A stretch of 64,000 nucleotides of DNA from Vitrella brassicaformis CCMP3155 (Eukaryota; Protista; Chromerida). The stretch lies in contig CDMY01000294.1 of NCBI GenBank assembly GCA_001179505.1, forward strand, positions 67,350 through 131,349. Direction: 5' to 3'. This document shows, one piece after another, positions 41,301-52,528 of the stretch; within the stretch, counting starts at the first letter, position 1; every line of letters starts with the position of its first letter. The position numbers were made by a program, and so were the translations under genes. The notes under the pieces were generated by a model. It was not told the DNA's origin and did no database searches. It saw only the letters and a program-made list of their open reading frames with translations.

Positions 41301-43950
41301 TGGTGCAGATAACAGACTGGTGTCGGCCCGGGGGTTGCTTGGGGGCTAGAAGACGCTATGAAATAGCGCTTACTCGATGCTGATTGACCTGTCGATGAGA
41401 GACAATCAAAATTGAGTGACGACAAGCACACGAATCAAGTCGACCTGATGTCACGCACACCGCACGGCACCTAGTCAACGGAGGTAGGGGTCGATGGCAC
41501 ACTGCCACACACGCACGAATCCCAAAACACGCAAATGTACACGTCTCAAAGCGAGGCAATGTCAGTTGTATCCCTGTACCCGTTCTTCCCCGTCTTTGTT
41601 CACTACGCGTGGAGGCGCCAATCAGCAGAGGAGGCACGAGACACGAGGGGACTGGTGTGATAGAACCGTCGACCNNNNNNNNNNNNNNNNNNNNNNNNNN
41701 NNNNNNNNNNNNNNNNNNNNNNNNNNNNNNNNNNNNNNNNNNNNNNNNNNNNNNNNNNNNNNNNNNNNNNNNNNNNNNNNNNNNNNNNNNNNNNNNNNNN
41801 NNNNNNNNNNNNNNNNNNNNNNNNNNNNNNNNNNNNNNNNNNNNNNNNNNNNNNNNNNNNNNNNNNNNNNNNNNNNNNNNNNNNNNNNNNNNNNNNNNNN
41901 NNNNNNNNNNNNNNNNNNNNNNNNNNNNNNNNNNNNNNNNNNNNNNNNNNNNNNNNNNNNNNNNNNNNNNNNNNGCAGCTCGTGCAGTCTTGACGGCGAG
42001 CGTTGAAGTACCTCGGGGGCAGGGGAGGAGGCTTGGATGCTTGTTTGTTGAAGACAAGAAGAGAATCGAGAGCGATGTTTTTGTTGAAACCAGATGAAGC
42101 AGAATGGGCAGAAATGACGACCTGACCATACCCATGGGAATGGTCACCATACCCATGGGAATGGTCATCATAGCCATGGGAATGATAGCCTGGCCGGCCA
42201 GTCATTTTCCTTGGCCAGGGACACGATGCTGGCTAACAACAGAGGAGGCCTCCCTCCCTTTTCCAGCGAAGCATCATCTATGCGCAGCAGATCCGATGTA
42301 CTCTACGGCCTTATTTCAGGCCCCCTGCAACACTGTATGTTGCCGTCGTTCGCAGCGCATTGCATATCCTCCCGTTTGCTGCATCTGCCCTCTGCGTGCT
42401 GCGTGTTGCGTGTCCGGGTTGCATGTTCGGGTGCGTGTTTTCATGTTGGACAGACCGACAGGGGACTTGGCCGCCAGNNNNNNNNNNNNNNNNNNNNNNN
42501 NNNNNNNNNNNNNNNNNNNNNNNNNNNNNNNNNNNNNNNNNNNNNNNNNNNNNNNNNNNNNNNNNNNNNNNNNNNNNNNNNNNNNNNNNNNNNNNNNNNN
42601 NNNNNNNNNNNNNNNNNNNNNNNNNNNNNNNNNNNNNNNNNNNNNNNNNNNNNNNNNNNNNNNNNNNNNNNNNNNNNNNNNNNNNNNNNNNNNNNNNNNN
42701 NNNNNNNNNNNNNNNNNNNNNNNNNNNNNNNNNNNNNNNNNNNNNNNNNNNNNNNNNNNNNNNNNNNNNNNNNNNNNGGAGAGCCCGTCGGCTGGGTGGC
42801 GTGACACCGGGAGACACACCATTCTGAAGCAAAACAAACGTCCATAACATCCAGGACGTGGGACTTGTCTCTGTGCCTCTCTCCCTCCATCTTACCCGGA
42901 CAACACGTCGAGCAGGCCGTTGTCGCGCGTGCGCCACTGCTGCAGCTCGGCTTTGATCCCTCCGGCACCCCCGAAGGCGGTGGAGAAGTGAATCGGGTTG
43001 CCCTCGTCGTTGCCTGGCCGCCCCGTGAAGTGAATGAGCTGGCGACACACCTTGACGAGCACCGCATTGCTCGGGCAGGCAAGAGGGAAGAAGTACTCTT
43101 GGCTGTGCTTGCCGGTGGTCAGCTCTATGGCCACGATGCCGGCCTGGAAGACATCCCTCTGCCTCTCGTCATAGGCTGGGAAGAGGCCGCAACCTGAATG
43201 CATTGGTGCAGATAACAGACTGGTGTCGGCCCGGGGGTTGCTTGGGGGCTAGAAGACGCTATGAAATAGCGCTTACTCGATGCTGATTGACCTGTCGATG
43301 AGAGACAATCAAAATTGAGTGACGACAAGCACACGAATCAAGTCGACCTGATGTCACGCACACCGCACGGCACCTAGTCAACGGAGGTAGGGGTCGATGG
43401 CACACTGCCACACACGCACGAATCCCAAAACACGCAAATGTACACGTCTCAAAGCAAGGCAATGTCAGTTGTATCCCTGTACCCGTTCTTCCGTCTTTGT
43501 TCACTACGCGTGGAGGCGTCAATCAGAAGGAGGCACGAGACACAAGGGGGCTGGTGTGATAGAGCCGTCAACCAACAAGCCCGCCGAGCGATGTATTGAT
43601 GACCTCACGACCAAGAGACCTCGCCGGGGGGGGGGGTGATGTCTCCGGAGGGAGCGGCTCTTGCGGTCTTGACGGCGAGCGTTGAAGTACCTCGGGGGCA
43701 GGGGAGGAGGCTTGGATGCTTGTTTGTTGAAGACAAGAAGAGAATCGAGAGCGATGTTTTTGTTGATACCAGATGAAGCGGAATGGGCAGAAATGACGAC
43801 CTGATCATACCCATGGGAATGATCATCATACCCATGGGAATGATAGCCTGGCCGGCCAGTTATTTTCCTCGGCCAGAAACACGATGCTGGCTAACAACAA
43901 AGGAGGCCTCCCTCCCTTTTCCAGCGAAGCATCATCTACGGCCTTATTTC
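40871..43950. repeat. Diverged tandem duplication, ~1.9 kb offset, interrupted by two gaps
   Basis: 40871-41634 matches 42778-43560 (offset 1903) and 41974-42320 matches 43665-43950, with substitutions and indels in the distal parts. Confidence 0.85.
42778..43203 (-). CDS. Protein-kinase C-lobe-like fragment, copy 2 (3' end lost in gap)
   Basis: ORF 42892..43203 is identical in translation to 40989..41300. Confidence 0.4.
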
Positions 43951-45846
43951 AGGCCCCCTCTTCTTCTTCTTCTTCTCACTGATGGGATCCTTGGGTGCTG
44001 CGAAGGAGAAGGACATCTCTCAGGCGTCACGTAGCACGGGGTTGATCAGGGCGTAGGGAACGCGATAAAATAGCGTTGACTCGGATTGACTGGCGGGGGG
44101 AGAGACTGGGTGGGTGGATGTGGAAAAGACAGTCGGGGGTCCGGAGAGCCTCGATCGAGAGCAAAATTGACGTCGAAGGGAGATAAGAAGATTGAGGTTG
44201 GATGGAACGCATGACCAAGCGAGCAGGAAAAATGCCGCCAGATTCTTCTCTCCCATGTCCCGTGGGACATGGGCTTTGAAACCCCGTGGGGGGAATCTTT
44301 TTGAATCTTGGCCAGCCAGTGATTGCCTAGGCCAGAAACACGCCGGGTGTCGCACATACGTCCAGACGAAGAGACTCAGACCACTCAATGACCACACAGC
44401 TGCATTGCATTCATGGGGGGTTCGTGCACATGAATGGTGACGCACACACCAACATGGCCACTGTCTCATCTCGTGTCGCTCGCGTGTCAGATGGCGAGGG
44501 GTTTCTGTAGAGTGGAAGGCCGGTCTGTGTACCGCGCTTTCCCCTCCGCACAAACCCGACGCACATGGGACACACGAACCTATGCAGACAGACAGCCGCA
44601 CCGTCCGCAAGATGCCATCCATCCGTCCAGAAAGAGGACATGGACCACACATTAGTTATGATACAAACACGTACACGATGACATACATTCACACATCGAT
44701 GAGCACCACCGCGTTGACCCCCATGCACACACAGCAGCAGGGAGGGAGACAGGGGGGCAAGGCATGGAAAGAGAGAGGAGCAAATCAGACAACAACACTA
44801 CGATGTTAACACATAAAAAACGAAAAGTCAGTCCACAGACAGACAGGCCGTCGTGGACATGTCATGTGTGCCCCACTGCTTCCTTCCCCCTCCCACAAAA
44901 CACACACACACACACACACACACACGTGTTTGCAACACTCATCAATTAATCTCGTACGTATCACTTCGCTCGTGTCTGCGTGACGAGTTTGTCTGGCCTG
45001 TCCTCATGCCGCAACGGGGTAGAGAGGTGTGAACCTCCACCCAGGTGCAGCACAAATACAAAGGTGACACGCTCGTCACAGCAGGAGAGGCAAAGTCGTC
45101 CACCAGGTCGATTGAAGGCAACTGACTAGCTGCACTCAAGTCATCCATTCTGTGCTGTCTGACAGGCATATCATCTACCTACGCACTCACTGCTCTATGT
45201 TACACACACGACAGCAGCTGCCACGTCAGGGTGGGTGTGGGAGATCGGGCGCCACACACACACGCAGACACACACACACAGCACAAGTAGTTAGTTTACA
45301 TGAAAGAATGAAGCGAGACGAGACGAGAAGAGCGTATGCCACACACAGAGACTGAGAAAGTGTCGGAGAGAGATATGAAGAGGAGGAGAACGGCCGCCCA
45401 CCATACATACACACACACCCAGGCGGAGAAAAACACTGACTCAGACCCCCCCCCCCCCCCCCCCCCCCCNNNNNNNNNNNNNNNNNNNNNNNNNNNNNNN
45501 NNNNNNNNNNNNNNNNNNNNNNNNNNNNNNNNNNNNNNNNNNNNNNNNNNNNNNNNNNNNNNNNNNNNNNNNNNNNNNNNNNNNNNNNNNNNNNNNNNNN
45601 NNNNNNNNNNNNNNNNNNNNNNNNNNNNNNNNNNNNNNNNNNNNNNNNNNNNNNNNNNNNNNNNNNNNNNNNNNNNNNNNNNNNNNNNNNNNNNNNNNNN
45701 NNNNNNNNNNNNNNNNNNNNNNNNNNNNNNNNNNNNNNNNNNNNNNNNNNNNNNNNNNNNNNNNNNNNNCCACGCCAAGAGAGATATGGGACGAAACTAA
45801 GGCATCCACTCACTGCATCCATTCTATCCATCCAGTCAGACCCCTC

Positions 45847-47638
45847 TCACGACCGGTCAAACACCTGTGGGGCGGCCCCCAGCGACAGCCCCTTCAAATT
45901 AAACGACGGAAAGCGAACAGGCGGGCACTCGCCCCACTCGCCAAACAAGGCGCCCTCCTCCATCACCCAGCACGTCGCGAAGCCCACACCAGCCATCACC
46001 ACACCGAACAGCAGCAGGCCGCCACGCGAAGTGCCACTGCCGGTGCTGGCCTTGGCGAATGCGGCATTGTGCGTACGGCGGCGGGTGGCGTATGCGGTCG
46101 TGTCGACGAGGGGCTGGATGTTGCCTTGGCGGTAGAGCTTGAGCTCGACGCCCTGCTCCATCTTCTGCTTCCTCACCTGGGCGAGTTTGGCCTGGAGGCG
46201 GTCGATGACGGCCGCCTGGTTGGCGAGCCGGTAGTGGGCCGTGGACTTGGGGTAGGGGACGGCGCGAAGGGCCATGACCTTGCTGGGGTCGATGTCCACC
46301 TGCAGCTTGTCGGCCAGCCGCGAGCTGAGCGCCGCGGCGATGCGATCGATCTCCTCGTCGGCCAGCCGCACCTCGAGCTCCTCGCCCTCACCCTCGCCCT
46401 CGTGCATCATCTCGGCACCCTCCTCATCACTGCTGATGGCGCCTTTGTCCTCATTCAGCTGCTGCTGCTGCCGATCGGTCTCGCTCTTCTCGTCCATTTT
46501 GCGGAGGTCCTCACGGGACAGCCCGGCTCGGTACAGGGCGGCCATCTCGGCCTGCGACCAGCCCTCGGCCGGCGGCCCCTCCTTGAGCGTCGACGCCACA
46601 TCCACACCAGAAGGCAGCACGGGGGCGGCGGTGGTGATGGTGGTGCTAGTGGGTGTGATGGAGGGAGAAGGGAGGCTGTCGGTGGCAGGAAGGGGTACGT
46701 CGGGGTCGCCGCGTGTGAGGTGGATGCACTTGGATTGATAGTGCCGCTGGGCCCTCTCGGCCTTCTCGCGCCGCTCGCGCTCGGTGCGCAGCTCCTTCTC
46801 CGCACGGTTGTACTGGGCCTTGTGACGAGAACTCTCAATCCTGACAGACAGACAGACAGACAGACAGACCGATACACGCAAAGCAAACGGCATGTGATGT
46901 GACTAAGTGCGTGTTGTGGCTTACTTGACTCCTGAGGCCCAGAAGAGCAGGCTGGTCATGCCCATGCCCCCCACAACGCCCGATATGATCATGCCGCGGA
47001 TGGCCTTCTTCTTCTGCGCCTCCAACTCGTCGATGCGACTCTTGCAGTCGTCAACCTCCTGCAGACAGACAGACAGACAGGCAAACAGACAGACAATGTG
47101 TCAAAAGTGAGCAGCTGTCTCTCTCGATGCATCCAACAACCACGTGTGGTGCGTGCCCTCCCTCCCTCTCCCGCACCTTGCTGAGTTTCTTCCTGTCGCG
47201 CAGCAGCCGCTCGACCCGTTTCTGCAGCTCCTTCTTCTCCCGGCTCCAGGCACCCTGTCGCTCCACCATCTGCTGCGGCCGGCAGGTCCGCTCCTGCTGC
47301 GGCCTCGGCGGCACATGCGCCAGTCCGCGCACCTCCTCTCTCCCCTCCTCGCCCGACTCTCCTGCAGGGGACCTCACCACCTGAGGCTCGTCCTTAGGAG
47401 TGTCTGCATGGGCGGCAGGCGCCTCGTCTTTCTTGGCCGTCTCGTGGGCAGCGGCTTGCGCTTGCTGCGGCAGGATGGATTCGAACAGCTGAATCACGTC
47501 GTTGATTTCGTGAAGGCTGCCCTCGACAACGTCTTTGACGACGTCCTGGAGGCCGTTGCCGGGAGGTCTGGCAGCGGCGGCGTCGCTGGCACCGGAAGCG
47601 CTGCCGTCTGTCGACGCACGGCTTTCTGTCTGCCCCAT
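45847..47638 (-). CDS. Coiled-coil protein with two hydrophobic (putative TM) segments
   Basis: Three exons in frame: MGQTESR..KKELQKRVERLLRDRKKLSK|EVDDCKSRIDELEAQKKKAIRGMIISGVVGGMGMTSLLFWASGVK|IESSRH..GLLLFGVVMAGVGFATCWV. Confidence 0.7.
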
Positions 47639-47671
47639 AGCCGTCGAGTGTTCGTGTGGTCAAGAAGCAGC

Positions 47672-47694
47672 AGCGGTTTCAGGGAGCACCCTAG
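47672..47694 (-). promoter_or_regulatory. Conserved 23-bp promoter motif, copy 3 (CTAGGGTGCTCCCTGAAACCGCT)
   Basis: Ends 33 nt upstream of the ATG at 47638. Confidence 0.7.
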
Positions 47695-48225
47695 GCGACC
47701 TGGCAGCCGATCATGAAACACCACCCTAACATGCAACCCGGACACGCAACACGCAGCACGCAGAGGGCAGATGCAGCAAACAGGTGGATATGGAATGCGG
47801 ACGAGTGCTCGTGGGGTCAAGGGTTTGGAAACCCTGGTGGATCTGCACCCAGACATTCATTCACGGGCGGATTGCTCGTGTATGTGTGGCATGCGCTTGG
47901 GCGACAAACTTTCTCTCCATCCATCCGTCACATACAGTAGGATAGATAGAAATGGCCGATTCGATTCACATGATGCCATCCATCCATCCAGAAAGAGGCC
48001 ACGCACCACAACAGACACAAGCGACGTCTAAGCCAAAGCTGACCCCGCGGCCAGCCCGGAGGTGGATGTCCAGTCGTGCACTCAACCAACGACCAAGCCC
48101 TTCAGTCAGAAATCCAGGCCTGCAGACACAGGGCCAGCCTTGGAAATAAAGGGCCATCCAGAACAGCCCATTGACACACATGGACGTCGTCCATCCCGTG
48201 GGACGCCGTCCGTCGGCAGGTCAAG

Positions 48226-49161
48226 TCACCGCGCCATGACATTGGGCAGCACCATGTGATAGATCTTCCAGTCCTCATCGATTTCTGTGCAGAACACCAC
48301 CCGCTCGATGGCAGCCCCGGCCGGCCCACTCAGCCACTCACTAACCGCCCCCACAGCCACCTCAGCCGCATAGTACTGAGGATAGTGATTGAAGCCAGTT
48401 CCCACACACGAGAAGGCGATGCTGGTAAGCCCGTTGCGGCTCGCCACCTCCAGGGCGTTCGTGTAGCACTGCTTAAGCACCTGCTCATCCTCTCCGTAAG
48501 GCCCATGCGTCACGATCACGTGTCTGCAGGCGAGATCGAACCCTTCCACCAACTTGGCCTCGCCCGGCTTGATCGGCCCCGCCGTCCTGCACGCCTCCGC
48601 CAGCTTCGGCCCGCCGTAAGCGAACAGTGCGCCCGGCCGCCCGACACCCATGTGAAAAGACAGAGATCGGTCCAGCTCTTGCACAATGGCGTCGACACGC
48701 AGCTTGAGGATGTCGCCGTGATGGAGCACCACTCTGCTGAGCTGCCCTATGGGGCTGAACACGGGCAACCGATAGCAGTCCAGGCCTGGCGTGGCCATTC
48801 CTGCTGCCTTTGGCTTGCGGAATGAGGGGCTGGGGAGGGATTCGGGGCGCGGGGAGGTGGCGGGAAAGCTGCTGTTGGCCGACATGGTCGAGTCGTACCT
48901 GAATGGAATGGAACGGATGGATGAGTACACAACACAACACACAGTAGACCGTTACAGACAGCGCAGGGAGGCGTGACTGCTTCTTGCTTACAGAGGCTTG
49001 TTGACTGAGTATTTGCTGCCAAACCCACGGCCGAATACGCAGATGACGGGCGGCACGCTTCTTGCATCACAGTGGCCAAGGCTCGATGCGGCAGTCACAA
49101 GGGCGTCAGCGCCTTGCGAAGGAAGCCCTGGCCGTACTCGCACCTTGCGGAAAAGCATCAT
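48226..49161 (-). CDS. Divergent macrodomain (MacroD-like fold) protein with N-terminal extension
   Basis: HGDILKLRVDAIV, GPIKPGEAKLVEGFDLACRHVIVTHGP, LKQCYTNALEVA..LTSIAFSCVGTG..YP, IERVVFC. Upstream exon MMLFRKVRVRP..VNKPL splices in frame (CT|gtaagc..cag|G). Confidence 0.88.
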
Positions 49162-49390
49162 CTTCTATGACCGATAACAGGGCAGCACCAGAGAGATCTG
49201 CACGCCCTCTTCTTGTGGTTCTGAGCTCGCACATTAGCTCGCGTCTGATTCGCCTCAACGTCGCCTCAGAAGGGAGCTGCAGCGACGGCTTCTCTGTGCC
49301 GCTCGGCGAAGATCTTGAATTGGGCTTCGATATATCACTGACTGATTCTGTTGGTTCGTGCTGTCAGCGAAAACACTCTTGCAGCCAGGC

Positions 49391-50082
49391 ATGGCGTCGT
49401 CTGCCAGCGGCGCTGGCTCGGTGAGGGTCACGAACGCGCACAACACACACTGATGACGGTAGCTGATTGTTGAGATGGATCAATCTTTGTGTGTGCGTGT
49501 GTGCAGGAGAACAGTCTTCGGTTTCAGCAGGAGCTGGAGTTCGTCCAGATGCTCGCCGACCCACGATACCTCCACTGTATGTAAGCCACACACACAAGCA
49601 GCAAGCGAAGCGATGACGTGTGGATCAATCAATTGTGTGATGGTGCTTTTCCTTTCATTCATAGATCTGGCCGAGAAGCGCTACTTCCGCGAGGCGGCGT
49701 TTGTCAACTTCCTGGCGTACCTGCAGTACTGGCGGACACCTCCATACCTCAAATACATACAGTGAGCTGCCACCAGGCAGGCACGTGTGAACCGAACCGA
49801 CGAACACCAATGACTGTGTCGCGGTGTGGCTGCATGTGTGTGCATGCAATGCAATGCAGGTACCCCCACTGTCTGCAAGTGCTCAGTTGGCTGCAGGACA
49901 CCGAGTTCCGCGCCAGCCTCGAGAACGAAACCGCCATCAATGCCCTCACCGATGCGCAGGCCCTCAGCTGGGTACGGACGGAGCACACGCACGAGAGCAC
50001 ACATTGATGGGTCTGTCCGGTTGTGTGTGCATGTGTTCAGCTTCACCATGGCAAGATCTCCAACACACCCGGGGGAGGGTGA
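49391..50082 (+). CDS. MED31: Mediator subunit 31 (SOH1)
   Basis: RFQQELEFVQMLADPRYLHYLAEKRYFREAAFVNFLAYLQYWRTPPYLKYIQYPHCLQVLSWLQDTEFR over five exons. Confidence 0.95.
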
Positions 50083-51120
50083 CTTAAGCAGCTGAGAAGG
50101 GGCGTGTGTGCATGGCCCGAGCATCTGTACATAAATACACACAAACATACACACATACACACAGACATGTATGTTTGTGTCGGTGGTTTGTGTCGGTGGT
50201 GGGCATGGAGTCCGTGTACAGTAAGTGCACTGGTGGGTGAAGGCCGTGGCATGCTGTGAGGGGTCCGATCTCTGTGCGTATGTATGCATTGACATCATCA
50301 AGGGGGTGTCCATCAATGAAATCCATTCATCCGGTCGTTCACACAGGTGGGCACACAGCACCACGGAGGGAGGGAGGGATGGTACCTCCTCAATAACATG
50401 ACGATGAAACACACACGACAGCCATGCCAACATACCCACCCACGCACAGTCATCCCATCCCCACACACACACACTTTCATGGAGACAAAGAGGCTCCCAG
50501 CAGCCGAGAGCAATGAAGGAAACAGAGCCAGGCAAATACGGAGACGGCTGACCGCACGTTAGTAAATGCAGCCAGCCAGCCAGCCAGCCATTAGCAGCGA
50601 TATCTCTCTGTGTCTCTCTTCCTGTCTCGTTTGGCTGCTTGCTGGCTCCATCCCACCCCCAGACAAAGTAGCTACCGTCCGTCCGATGGCGTCACTCACC
50701 TTAGTGACATCGACCGACCGACCGACACCACCCATGCACTGTCAGGCAGGCAGACAGGCAGGCAGGCAGGTGTAGATGAATCGGCACACTCCAAACAACC
50801 ATCCAACCGCCACCTATCCCTTACTTATGCATGCCCACAGTCGCCCCGCCCCACCCCGCCAGGCCCCACCACGCCACACCACACCAGCCCAGCCCCCGTA
50901 TATCTGTCTCTTCGGTGCCACGCCGCCATCTGCTGTGCACTTCTGCCTGCCTCCCTGCCCCTCATGTCGCTGAGCGTGAAGCCATGCAGCGCCACAAGTC
51001 GCCTCTTGACGGCTGTCTGTGGAGCAAGTGTGTGGTGTGTGATAATGTGTGTGATGTGTGGTGGGCAAGAGGCTCCCAAAACCACACACATCGCCCTCCC
51101 AAACCACACACATCGCCTGA

Positions 51121-51183
51121 GCCATCCGTTATCGATGGACGGGGTTTGTCGATGCGACGTCCCGCCCATCGATAACGGATGGC
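51121..51183. other. Inverted repeat / hairpin with perfect 18-bp outer stem
   Basis: gccatccgttatcgatgg (51121-51138) is the exact reverse complement of ccatcgataacggatggc (51166-51183), with further inner pairing. Confidence 0.85.
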
Positions 51184-51462
51184 CCGGTGGCTGCGCGGCT
51201 TGTGTGTGCGGACTCTCGGGCCTTGGCCACCGCCACATACGCGCCCCACAGGCATGGCTGCACGGTGCTCACTGCTCCTCTTCACTCTGTTGTTGCTCCT
51301 CCTTCGCTTGCAGGCGCGAGGTCTCAGTCGATTGTGGGTGGCTTGGGGGCAGGCGGATTGGCAGCAGACGGGCGACAGTAGCTTCGAGGGCTGACTTCGA
51401 CAACGTGAGGTGTGTGGCGGGCGCTAGGTAGGTAGCGGGGCGGGGCGAAACGACTTGTGGGC

Positions 51463-52304
51463 TCAGATGATGATCTCGTGCTCGTCGATCTTGGCAGGGC
51501 CTTGGCCGATCTTGCAGCTGCCGATGACCCACTTGATGAGCTTTTGGATGGACACGATGCTTAACCAGCAGCTGGTTTTGGCCTTGCTGATGGGCACGGC
51601 GATTTCGTCGATATCACCCGTGGGCATGTGGGGGGCGTCCGTGCTGATGGATGAGGTGGACGGGTAGGGGCTGCCCTTGGCCGTGGGCTTAGCCCTCGAG
51701 GATGTCCGACAACTCATACGCACCCAGCTTGTGCAGCTCGGGAACCTGTGAACAAACAAATGGGCACACATGAAGAAAGATACCGCCGGTGAGCCGTGGA
51801 TGTGGCCCTTTCATGGTCTTCTGGCTGCAATTGTCTGGCTGACTATTTTACCTCCAGGTTGCAGAACACACGTTTGGGTTCGCAGTGGTAGGCGTCTGAG
51901 GTCATCTTGGAATCCCTCCGCGGCCAGTATCGGCGGGTGGCCGGGTCGAAGGTGACCTCCATCGGCGTATGCCCTCGTAGCGGTAGTCTCCCGTCACGAA
52001 TGGAGTGTTGCCCTCAGCCTTCCGCTCAGCCCAGAAATCATTGGCCATCTGCAACAACCAAACAAAGAAATCCAATGCAGAGACTCATGCATGCAGCCAT
52101 TTTTTCGCATCTTCTCGCTTTGTGCAATGCCCACATGCATCCCCTCACCTCTCGACAGGCTAACGAGAGGTCAGGGGTGACCCTCCACTTATGCACACCA
52201 TGCTCGGTGTCCTTCTTGAAGGGCCAAGGCAATATTAACGGCGTTACCATATCACTGCTGTCCACATCGCTACTCACAGAGGACGCTCGCACGAGAAGAT
52301 CCAT
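51463..52304 (-). pseudogene. Three-exon gene with two apparent compensating frameshifts and one in-frame TGA
   Basis: Exons 52304-52149, 52048-51852 and 51745-51463 total 636 nt, with a single internal TGA at 51904-51902. The middle segment looks coding in the -1 frame. Confidence 0.55.
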
Positions 52305-52528
52305 CTTGCGAAGCGAGAAAAACGACGAAAATGGGGGGCAGCTCTATGCATCGAATTTGCACGGTCCAATACGAAGGGCCCGGATAGACATGAAGGCAGG
52401 TCAGCAACGCCGTAGGTGAGCAGAGGAAGACAAAGTGAGCAAAGATCTCCATGGGTCTGATGAATGAGCGCGTGGCAGATCCCTGGCACTTGCTTGAGAG
52501 AGGCTTGTTCGGTCAGCGGCTGTGCGCA

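Noticed and set aside
45447-45469. Poly-C run beside a gap
   Set aside because: A homopolymer at a contig end; likely sequencing drop-out rather than a functional element.
51121-51904. Selenoprotein (in-frame UGA plus downstream hairpin)
   Set aside because: The UGA lies in the frame with poor codon usage, there is no redox-motif context, and the hairpin lacks SECIS core features.
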